DNA of 63,754 nucleotides, the filler included, from Platydemus manokwari (taxonomy: Eukaryota), in the NCBI GenBank assembly GCA_037951405.1. It is 5 parts of 5 records of this genome, joined end to end, with 100 filler letters (N's around TTAATTAATTAA, not from the genome) between each part and the next. Parts side by side here need not be neighbours in the genome. Positions count along the whole stretch, not along the records: positions 1 to 20,421 come from JBBMOY011578076.1; positions 20,522 to 29,780 come from JBBMOY011276206.1; 3 more parts are not named here. The stretch is one strand, 5' to 3'. Position 1 is the first letter of the stretch; the number at the start of each line of letters is the position of its first letter. The position numbers and the translations under genes were made by a program. The notes under the pieces are model-generated. The model saw only the letters and a program-made list of their open reading frames with translations, ran no database searches and was not told the origin of the DNA. Shown in pieces: positions 1 to 21,413 of the stretch.

Positions 1-855
1 CAGAGACAAAGAAATCGATGCAACATTAACACATTAAGGAAATTGTTTAAAATAGCAATGAGACCAGGGAAAGATGCGATAGAAAATGGAATAATTATGA
101 TAAACTGGTGGAAAAATCGAGATGAGACTAAGGAAATAAAACGAATAAGTGTAATAATAGGAATACTCAGATCAGAATACATAAGTGAAGAGACCATAAG
201 AATAATAGAAATAGCATTGAGAAATAGGGAAATTAATGTAGAATGGAAATGGAAAAGACGTCGTAAAAAGATAAATAGGATGAGAGAAAATACATACAGG
301 GGGTCACGTTTAAGTCTTAAAGTTCAAAATCAATTAATTAATGAGGGAATAATTAAAGGGGGTGCTTATGAATTGGCTGCAGAGGCGTTAATTTGGGAAT
401 ACATAAATTTATATCAAAGACATCCTCTAAAATGGAATAATAAATATTGTTTAGAGGGACAAACATATGGGATAAGAAATAAATTACGAGAAATATACAT
501 ACCTGAAATAATAATATACGAATTAGACAAACTAATAAAGAATAATGAAGATGGGAAAAATAGAGAGATACGGGACAAGAAGAAATTGAACAAATAAAAG
601 AAAGAGACATCATACAAACCGGAATCTGAAGGGAAATTAGGCAAATTTAAATTGATAATACAAGACATTGAGGGACAGCAGGTGCAAAAAGAACAAAAAT
701 TTTCATTAAATATGACAATAAAATCATTAAAGAAATTAATTATCTTGGATTGGCCGAGAAAGTTAATAGCAGTACAAAGAAAAGTTAAGATGCTGATAGG
801 AAATAAACAAATGATAGAATGGAAATATTTGGGAGGACATTACAAAATTTTGTAA
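1..855 (+). pseudogene. Intronless, 5'-truncated reading frame with one internal stop; probable mobile-element or viral gene with a C-terminal ubiquitin-like domain
   Basis: Frame +1 is open from base 1 to TAA 595-597 and continues in the same frame to TAA 853-855 (ORFs 43..597 and 652..855 share a frame). Strong A/G strand bias; AATAAA at 897-902. Domain calls are by-eye motif resemblance only. Confidence 0.45.
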
Positions 856-1019
856 GTGTGGTTCTATAAATTGACTGGTTTATTGTAAATTTCATAAATA
901 AACCTTCATAAAAATAATATTTGTTTTTAACTAAGAAATTTTAACTAAATATATTATAAAATATATTATTATAATATTATTAAAATATATCATAAAACGA
1001 TTAGCTCATCAAAAACTTG

Positions 1020-1510
1020 GTTTTAGTTTTTGGTATAGACACAATAAGAATTGTCTTGATTCTTATTATTTTGAAATTGAAGTGTTATGTTCGAGTCTTA
1101 TTGATTTCATTGTGTTATTAATCTTATTCCTATTTGATATTACTATTGTTTTAATCAGTCTCAATGAGTTCTTGATTAAGGCCACAAACGTAATGATTAT
1201 TATTATCTTCACTTCGCACAACTTCATTGTTTGAAGACAATAAGTATGGCAATAATTTTTATCTTCATAACAAGTCTGTAACCAGTGTATAACAATCGTA
1301 ACGTGAATCTCTGTCTCCAATAATGTGTCAAAATGCCAGTGGTAATTGTGTCTGCTGCCTTATATAAGTAACGATGAGCCACTGGTAAATATTTTCTAAG
1401 ATTAAATGCCACGGACTTATCGTTTTCTCGCTGGAATTTATTTATGGTAAAGAGAAATTCTCACCGATTATATTTATTATGTAAAGAGAAATTCTCTCTG
1501 ATTAAATTTA
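1020..1510 (-). repeat. Dispersed repeat (LTR/terminal-repeat-like), related to 53300-53630
   Basis: Reverse complement has GAGAATTTCTCTTTACCATAAATAAATTCCAG ... CATCGTTACTTATATAAG, matching GAGAATTTCTTTCAGCCACAATAAATTCCAG ... CTCGCTTCTTATGTAAG at about 53343-53452. Internal direct repeat GTAAAGAGAAATTCTC at 1447 and 1481. Confidence 0.5.
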
Positions 1511-1949
1511 ATCTCCTGAATATTTTATTCATTGCTTGTATTTATTGTATCGATATTAGGTGGTAACTTATCTGTCAATGAAATACATGATAATACATTA
1601 CGAGTTGAATTAATTTATTACTTAGGGAATTTTAATGGGTTTTATTGATATTTTTATTTTACACATTTATAGATAATAATTCTTTTAAATACTCAATATT
1701 TTAAATATCATTTCAAACTCGATAATAGTTGCATCGTGATTATAACCAAGCAGAATGACGATCATTTGTCTTGGAAATCTGGAGTTTATTAACCATCATA
1801 TCTTTTAAGAAAATTGAAAGGAGTTGTATAACTTTTAAACGAATAAGAGAATTGCTAAAATAAAAATTTCATATTGAAGCTATAATTGTAATTTTTATTG
1901 TTAACTCTGTATCAGCGTTCATAAAAAAATAAACGTTTATTCTTCACTA

Positions 1950-4000
1950 ACAAATTGTTCCATTATCGCAAAGGAATCATACTCACCCTATAACTGAAAA
2001 ACAGCAATTAAAATTAGAATACAAACTAAAGAAAGGGACTGCAAAATAATTAGCTCAGCCTACCATTGTTCTGGATAATTCGATCATTAAAATCCAGCCA
2101 TATTTCACTGAAACACTCCTTAAAATCAACACGGAAACATCTCTTCAATCATCATTGAGGATTAATAATGCGAAAGTATTAGATAAGTTCGACGGTTCGC
2201 CCTCAGTAAATAATAGATCTGAATTTTCCAATTCATCGAAAGATTTGAATGAGTAAAAGAAAAGATGAAGGATGATCTTATGACAGAATACAACAAAAAG
2301 AAAACTCAATAAAGCTGTGCAGTTCAAGAGGGAATACGGGACCCGTTAATTAATAAAGAAATACTATCCTCGAAAAACTAAATAATCACTCCGAGTCAAG
2401 AAAAAATAGATAAAGAGGCCATAGCGTAAACATCAATAAACGTAAATAAGAATCGATCTCTCTCAATTATTCCAAGCTGAAGGTTGTTAGATAGCGAAGA
2501 TAATTCCTCTTCATGCATTGCGAGCTACACGGGATCTGATTTTTGATGGGACCCCATTGGGACCTCGTACACAGCAAACAAAGGGCCCCGTTTCATATAC
2601 CAAATTTTTCCCTGGAGACCAAATTGATAAATATTTAATAACAAATGTTAGGTTAAATGACTGATTGTTCATCAGTTACTATGTTGCAAAATTAATTACA
2701 AATGGAGTCAATCTCAGTGAAGTAGGTATCAACCACTTGATGCTCACATCATGTGAAACTGTCCTTGCTCCAATTAACGTACAAAACCAACATTCGACGC
2801 TACTAGTGACCCACCAATTCGGAGAGGCATACTTGACACACTGAGTAGTAACGAATTCTTAAATGAAGATGAAACCAAAGCTACTAGGATATGTAACACA
2901 CTCAAATACGAAAATATAAAAAACTCAAAAATAATAAGCGATTTATACGACAAGAAACAACGACAATTACAAACGAATAACTTTGACTGCGGCCAATTAA
3001 TATGTAGCTACATTTATTGTATCGCCAATAACCAATAGTACATAGACAAAGACGTTAGAACCATAATAAGAAAATGTAAACAAAACATTTCACAGGGTTC
3101 GATTAACCACTTAACCCGGATGGGACCGGTCTTTGCAGAAAATCAGGGTGACACAGAAAGACACATGATGACCATGTGTAAAAAAAGAATTTCAACGTGG
3201 CAAATTTTTGGAACTCTCTCCTTTAACTGGAAAAGCTCTCGAACACAATGAGGTAGAAGATATTCTGGAGTTCCTGTCTTTACAGTACTGCAAAACAGGG
3301 AAATTATCTTTTGTCCACTTTTGATTTTGAGGAAAGCGGGTGATTGATTTTTGGATACATGATGAACATCAGCCATAACTTTCAACTGATAAGAATAAAC
3401 ATCAAGACAATAAAGATAAAAACAAATAAGGCGATCTTCGAACATAAATGGAAGGTCAAATAATGTGTATTCCTTATAACTGCCCAAAAGATACATTTGA
3501 AATCAAGAAATTATTAGCCGAAGGACTGGTGAACAATATTAAAAATGAAACATTGTAGAGAAAGAATACTAATTCAAGAAATCCAAATTAAAGGTGGATC
3601 TTCAACTAATAAATGATAGAAAATCCTCGATTGCCCTAATAGATGTAAAATGACCCGCGGACGAACTTGCTTTAATGGCAGAAACAGCTCAAAAAATATA
3701 GAAAAATACTCAGACCGCCTTTATGCAATCAAAAAAGCCTATCGACTGGCCTGTTCACTTTTGTTGTAGGGGTTCTAGGAACTTGACAAACACAGAACAA
3801 CGATATAGTCCTAAAGAAACTAGGGATGAATTAAAAATGATAAATAAAATAGCTCTTGCTTGCATAAAGTCGAATATAAATTCGAGGTATGCAATGGAGG
3901 TTCCATACGGAAAAGAAACAGGAACAAAGGCAGTTTTAAAAATAGAAGATAACATCGACTGGAAGGCGGAGACAATTGATTGAACTAGCGAACTACAAAC
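1950..4000 (+). mobile_element. Decayed NeSL-type (REL) non-LTR retrotransposon with Ulp1/C48 cysteine protease and REL endonuclease remnants; RT not seen
   Basis: Translation through stops and frameshifts: APINVQNQH(S)TLLV...Y-DTLS...QTNNFDCGQLIC (about 2765-3005; C48 His/Asp/Cys pattern); LKVDLQL...IALIDVK*P...EKYSD (about 3588-3715) and FTFVVGVLGT*QTQNNDIVLKKLG (about 3755-3825), typical of REL C-termini. Outer boundaries approximate. Confidence 0.75.
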
Positions 4001-5584
4001 CATAATCAATATTTTAATGTATGGATATCTCTATTATCAATGTTTATGAATAAATATTTGTAGTAATTAGTTAGAAAGTACTGTTAATAATTTAGACTTG
4101 GTAGTAGATAAAACAATACAAGAACTTTTAATTATACTGCTTAAAACTGATTTTACAGTGATCATTTAACACAACAATAAAAGCCAAAACAATGAGTTAT
4201 TATTACAAGTCATTTTGCTATTTATAAATTGAAAAATGGCACAAGTCAATACTCAATTGTTAATAAGTCAAGTAAAATATTCAATGGAGTTTTAAATTCA
4301 ATGCTATTTGTTGCAGAATTATCTGTTTGATTGATTATAAATATATAAATTAAATAAATAATTGTAATGATTTTGTACAAATCCGGGAATTGAAAAATTA
4401 AACATACAATCGCTAATACTATGAACATTGTTATTCTAATAAATATTTAGTGCAATAGTTATTAGTTTATATTTTTGAAAGTTCAATATTAATTGGTTTT
4501 CTTATCTCCACGTTTGCAAATGCTATTTATAGAAATCTTGATTGTTGAAATAGATAAGAAATATAATTTCATTAAATCAAATGCAATTAATAAATTGAAA
4601 TAATAAATGACAATTAAAAGCTTTGATAACAAATTAATGATGGATTTTCACATTAAATTAATTATTACTACCTATATAATTCTACAGCAATCTCAATTAT
4701 TTTAATACTAAAATATTTGAGCAAAAACTCTGCTAAATGAAAATCTCTCACATTATTCGTTATCTTAACTCAATTTAGAAATTTTTGTAAATTGAAGCAA
4801 CAAAGCTCGAACGAATGCCAAAGTATCAATTAGATTTGGCAAATCGATTATTTCAGTAATAAACAGATGATTATCTTCAAAAAGCTTTCGCAAATACATC
4901 TTCATAATTTTTCATTGAAAATTACAATTGAAAATCAAATGCAAATATATCTGCAAATAGAATGAAATTATTTACTAGATAAATATTGCAGATTTCTAAC
5001 GGTTATGTAATCAAATACAATCTTAATACAATTAATCAAAAACACAATTATTCTCGCAATTACTAATTATTGCTATTAAACACATTCCAGTCAATTGTGC
5101 ACAATATATAATCAATTTATGTCAATTTCAAAAAAATCACAATGGTAATAATAATGACAAATAATAAAGTTAATAATTTTACAACAAATATCATTAATGA
5201 TAATAATATATGCGCTGAAAATTTTATGTATCTTGTAAAGAAATCAATAGAGTCCATTTTACTATTAACTAATAAGGGTCAAATAATGGACAAAATAGAA
5301 ATATAACAATGAAAAACATGACAACACGAAAATTCTGAGCTAGATATTATTTAAATTAATCAAATTTGCAAAAAGTGCCTTGCTCAATGATAATCGATAA
5401 TGAAACTGGAAATAATTGTACAATAATAGTAATAAAGAAACTTTGAAACAGGAATGAGTTAATTTTAGTCAATATATTGTAATAAAGACCTATTCGCACA
5501 AACAGATAATGATGACAATCTGCTTTTAAAATGTAATAAATCCAGCGAAATTAAAGAGCTGAAAGATATTTGTTTTTTCTATCG

Positions 5585-15775
<10,191 letters not shown>

Positions 15776-18700
15776 AATTATAAATTTCAATGAAAATGAA
15801 AGTAATTATTTGTAAGCCAACAATTAGTGAACTTTCAACAAAAGTGAAACACTTAAACAAATGAAATAGGAAAATAAACTAAAAATAAGTTTTGGTAAAG
15901 TTAGTAATTTGATTAACTTATTGAATAGTTTATGTATGACTACTAATTTTACGATTTTTGTGACTTACTATATTTGATGATTTTTTATTCAATATTTGAA
16001 TAAAAATGTACTCAACTCAGATATATTTTCAATAAAATTCAATAGTTAAAAAATTATTCGACTTTAATTGATAATAATTAATAAACGATAATTAATAATT
16101 ATGAAAACATACTAAAAATTTTCAAACCCATAATTTTAAAGCTTAATACTTACAATTCAATTTTATCTTCATGAATATCTTTATTTTAATCAAATAATCT
16201 TTGAATACGCTTTTACTAAATTAGAAATGAATCTTAAATTAACCTTGAATTATTATAGGAGACTAGTTTGCAAATAGCACAAATATGTTGTAAAAATATT
16301 CATTTCTATTCATTTCTGAAGAACATTCTAAGATTTAATTTGTTAATACTTTTTCGTTTTTTTAAACCAGTCAGCATCAATATTGAACAAACTGACCTCA
16401 CTGTTGTAGATAATACCTTTTTAGAGATTTCCTACAATTTTAAAGTTAGAAAGTTAAACATGATTAGCAATTTTAACATAATTGAAAAGTTTTTGCTGTT
16501 AAAGGCAAAGGCACATGGACTTTTAAAATAAATTTCTCAGTAGGGATTTGGGTATTGATTACTTTATTGATATATAATTACTTTATTTAATTACTATACA
16601 TTACTATATTCATATATCAGGGGATTAATTTTCAATCTGTATAATAAGTTGTTGAATATCACTAAAACTTTTATACTTTTAACATTGATAGGACTGTGAG
16701 ACAAACAAATTGAATAACAACTTTATTTCTAAATAATTTGAGCGCATAAAGGAAAATAATCAGCAAACATGATATGTATTAAATTAATTTAAAAGTGATC
16801 TTCAAATAAACTTTGTATGAATAATTACATAAAAAATACTTTGTTCGGAACCTCAAACTCAGGTTTGAAATGGTTTTAAATGATAGATTTAGGAATCTAA
16901 AGGAACTCTAATATTTAAGAATTTATGAGCTCGTTGATAAAACACACAGTTATAATATATTTATTTTATAAATTGGCTCCAAAAGATGTATATCATAATT
17001 ATGGCCGAATAAAAATATTTAAAACTGTTTGGACAATAGACTAAATAATTCCATAAAATCAATAAAGCATAATTATTATTATAGGACCTTAAATAAAATG
17101 ATTTACAGAATTAAAATGTTAAATATCAATTAAGATTGTAAAAAATAACCATGTCTAATTAGTTTATTTTGATTTGAAGGTTCTATAGTTCCGAGGTTCT
17201 ATTTATCCTATATGATAACTCCCATGGCAGTGCCCGTAAGAAACCGAGTTTCTGAATAGCTTAAAGGTAGTTAGGTATAGTATCTCCTTAATCACAATTT
17301 AAAATCGATTTTAATTGATTAAATCGTCAGGTTAAAGTGTCAATAATCTTTTTGGTAAGTATAAAGAATAAATTATAAAAGATTTTTAGGAAATTATAAT
17401 AATTACTTTGCTTTATCGTAATGAAAGTCCACTTGACTTAGAATTATTTTATTAAAATCCTTGTATTTTTCAAAAAACAATATCCTAATGAGTATTGCCA
17501 TTTGGTTAGGCAGTTAATAACCGAATTATAATTCTTTTTAATTTTGCGTTCGGATTTTATAATCGCTCTTGAGAACTTGAGATTTGATGTGTATTCAGTG
17601 GAATAGATTTACTTAGAATATTCAATCTGGCAAGTAAGATTAATCTATTGAGAATATTGAATCTGTTAGCTTCTTGAGACTCAGCTAACTCCTATAATAC
17701 TCAGATTTCTTAACGTGAGTTTTTTAAAGGATGATTTTATTTTGACATTCTTTTATTTGTATTGTTTTTCTAGTATATTTGACTCACTTTATTTTTTAAA
17801 TTTTATTATTGGTATTTATTATTACTATTTTTGTCCCACTGTTTTACGATTACTATAATTAGTAACTTATTTATTCCATGTATTTTTTGTTTTTGTCAAT
17901 TTGTGTCAATCACTATGATTCTCATTTTGAAAATTCGATGATATTTTTTACCAAAATATGTATGCGTAATTAATATTAAAGAGTGAGAAGCAAATCGTTA
18001 ATTTGTAATCATTCAGGAACCTTAATAACACGTCTATGCACACGGACAAAGATATGCATATGTAATGATACACATAAAATATTGATAATAAAGTTAAATT
18101 ACCAGTAAAAACCTCGCAAACACTCAACACATCTTCATAATCAATATAAAAGGAAAATCATCATTCACTCAGTACCAGGTTTTGCAAGTGGGCTACAGCA
18201 GTCAGTTGTCGTTGGTATTGTTGCAAACGTCACCACCAATTTGTGGTTATTGAAGAAAGTAAAGAGAAGTGTCAGATTTATTCAGCTTATTATATATAAT
18301 GATATGTTGTCATTATCAGAAACAAAACGAAAATATAAATTATAAAATTAAATTTTGCTCAATTGGTTAAAATCATTCTAATTTCAATCGCAAAGTACTA
18401 CTGATTTTTCCATAAAAAATAAAGCAATTAGCCCTAAGAGACAACGGCGGCTGGTTCAAATTGGCTCATCAGAAAAGGAAAAAGCATAAAGCAAGAAAAA
18501 TAAACTCAAAATTCACACTTTACTTGAGTTTATAAAAATAGATTCATACTAAAAATCATGTTACTGAGGTAGAGATTTGAAAATATTTAGATATTTGTAG
18601 TAAAAATGAATATTAAAATAATATTTCACAGCATCAAATATTTTTTTGAATTTCTTAAAAACTCAAAATTCTTTCTCCATTTTAATGCTGTCATTTTCGA

Positions 18701-20421
18701 ACAATTTACTCCACTCCGTATAGATATCGGTTAAACTGTGTTAGAGCAATTCATGAGTTTGATTTATGAATATTTGGAATATACGATCACAGGCTGTATG
18801 GTGAACTCATTGAACAAAAAACAAATATTTGACTTATAAGAAGAAATTGGAATCAGTTGAAAAAATTGTAAATCTTATAATTTTTTGATTGACTTTTCTT
18901 TCGAACTTCATGTTAATATCAGTTATTATATTTTAATAATACATTTTTTTTAATCTTTGTAAGCAGCGTTATCTGCTACAAAAATTGTGATTTATGAAAA
19001 CTAAAGGAAATAAGTTTCATTGTAAATTACTTCATCTTCAATTACTTTATGTACTTATCCCTTAAAGATTGAGATATTCTTTTTCTTAGTCAAGAATAAA
19101 TATCAAATTCATTTAAGCCGGGTAATTAAATTAATCAATTTTCATTTTATTTTCTTTTAGGATGATTAATAAATTGCTATTTTATCACGAATTTATTATT
19201 TATTCTAAGATTTGTATTTGATAAATTTTATATTCTCCAAAACGTTCAGATAACTCGTCATACAATTGCTTGTAATCACATTATGAACTCCTCAATCCAT
19301 TATAATGAAACACACATATACCACCCAATCTAGTACAATTCTTACATAATTTGACAATCATATTTCTATTTTCGTTTATCATGATTAAACTTACTGCATA
19401 TAGTGAATTTCTTTTTGATTTATTGTATTTTCATATTCTATTTTTAGGTAATTTATATCTTTGGTTTTTTGAATTTTTTCTTTTTCTCAATAAAATATGA
19501 AAAATCTACCTTAAAAATTAAGACTACAAACAAATCTTACACGATTTGACTAAGTTATGGATTTTCTTAAAATATTTCTTTTCGCGTAATATTTCTGGAA
19601 CGAATACCATCACTTATCGAGATATGTGTACCTCATATTTTGTCAACTTGTTGAAGAATTGGTGAGTCATTAATATAGTGAAAATCAAACTTCATCAATT
19701 CCTGAACAATGGACTTTAACTTTGTCCCTAATGCTAAGCACTATTAGTGAAATATTTGATGTAACATGTTTTTAATTTTGCGTTATTAAATTGACTTTCA
19801 AGTGTGTTTTTTGTTTGAAGCCTATTACTATCTAATAAATGTTTATAATTGTTGTTACTGAAATCAAGTTCGGTTCCCATAACAATAATATTGTACTCCT
19901 GAACTAACAAAGAGTTAAATTTCACTTATATTTGGAAAAATATAAAAATCAAAATCAAAAACTTTTACTTCGTAAGTATTATGCAATATAATTTCATTTA
20001 CTTTTGAACAATTGAATCCTAGAAAACAACCAAGACAGTTTCAAAAATTTTATTATCACTACAACAACAAAAAACAAAAATGGATTTTATTGAATTGTGG
20101 CTTAATCAAATTTTCTGATAAAAAATGAAGTAACTTTTAGGAAATAAAAATTGAATTTCTTTCATTCGATCAGTATCGATCTTTTCTATCGAATATATAG
20201 TGTCTTAATCACTGTTATTGTTAAGTTATCAGTTAAAGAAAATTCTCGTTAAGATAAACATATGATAAACAGACAATTGAATTTAATGAGAATGATAACA
20301 TTTAATAATTAAATAAACAATATCATTTATTGTTTACTAATGAAAGCTAAATGCTAAATAAAGGAACACTATATATTATTAGAAATTAATAGTAAATAAG
20401 ATAATAATAATAAATTAATTA

Positions 20422-20521
20422 NNNNNNNNNNNNNNNNNNNNNNNNNNNNNNNNNNNNNNNNNNNNTTAATTAATTAANNNNNNNNNNNNNNNNNNNNNNN
20501 NNNNNNNNNNNNNNNNNNNNN
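20422..20521. other. Assembly gap with artificial linker (44 N + TTAATTAATTAA + 44 N)
   Basis: Directly visible; the same 100-nt construct occurs four times. Confidence 0.97.
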
Positions 20522-20592
20522 TAGTTTTTAAAAAATTTTGATTTAAAGTTCAATATATAAAAATCGGACATTTCATATGGGACAACCTAATA
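20522..20592 (-). mobile_element. Mariner-like terminal inverted repeat, cut off by the gap
   Basis: Reverse complement reads TA-TTAGGTTGTCCCATATGAAATGTCCGATTT, the TA + TTAGGTTG pattern of mariner termini, and runs into the gap. Confidence 0.55.
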
Positions 20593-21098
20593 TTTATATA
20601 GTCTCAACAGATTTCTCCTTCTTTTCCGTGTATTTCATTCAATGATCTTTTCAGAATCAAATTTTAAAATTTAAAAAATTATTTATAAAAAATTTGATCC
20701 ATAAAATTTGGTTTATCTATACTTTTTGCGCATATACATTTTATTGATTTTATGTGAAGTTTTATTTTTATCGATTCTTGATGTCATATGGTGAGTGTTT
20801 TGGTTTAGAAAACATTCAATGCCAAATATATCAAGATATCTTACAATTGATATGTCAGAACACATCGCCCATTATTTTCTCGTTATAAAATATTCGATTC
20901 GATGATTATTCTATTTCTTCTGTGAAATATATTTCTATCCTACAGAACTGATATCGTTACACAGGCACACATTTATCAGATTTATCAATATGTTACTCAT
21001 TAATTTCCCAAATCACCTATTAGATAATCGATAATTTTACAGAAATTATAATAGACAGAATAATAGAAAACAATAACATATAATATATTGATATTTAC

Positions 21099-21381
21099 CT
21101 CAACGTTTTCAATAGCATTGGATATTCTATACATCGACATGATTCTGTTGAAGAAATATTCATAACCACTTGTCGAGAATTGTTGCTTGATGATTGGTAC
21201 TTCAATATATGATATCAACAATCGATTTATCAGACATATTATTTGTTCCTCATCATTCTTAGATCCAGAAAATTCTGTGTTTTAATTAAAACATATTATT
21301 TTGATCTTTATTTGATTTGAAAAATTTTTAAATCAATAAATAATTTTCTATTATTTGTTAAATTTGACATTAATAATTCAC

Positions 21382-21413
<32 letters not shown>

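Noticed and set aside
20466-20477. TTAATTAATTAA palindrome repeated four times as a possible biological motif or array repeat
   Set aside because: Always centred in exactly 44+44 N and has stops in all six frames; a scaffolding linker.
20760-21016. Possible final Rab3GAP1 exon after the AG at 21017-21018
   Set aside because: All frames stop within a few codons and the conserved C-terminal motifs are absent; the true end is probably beyond the gap.
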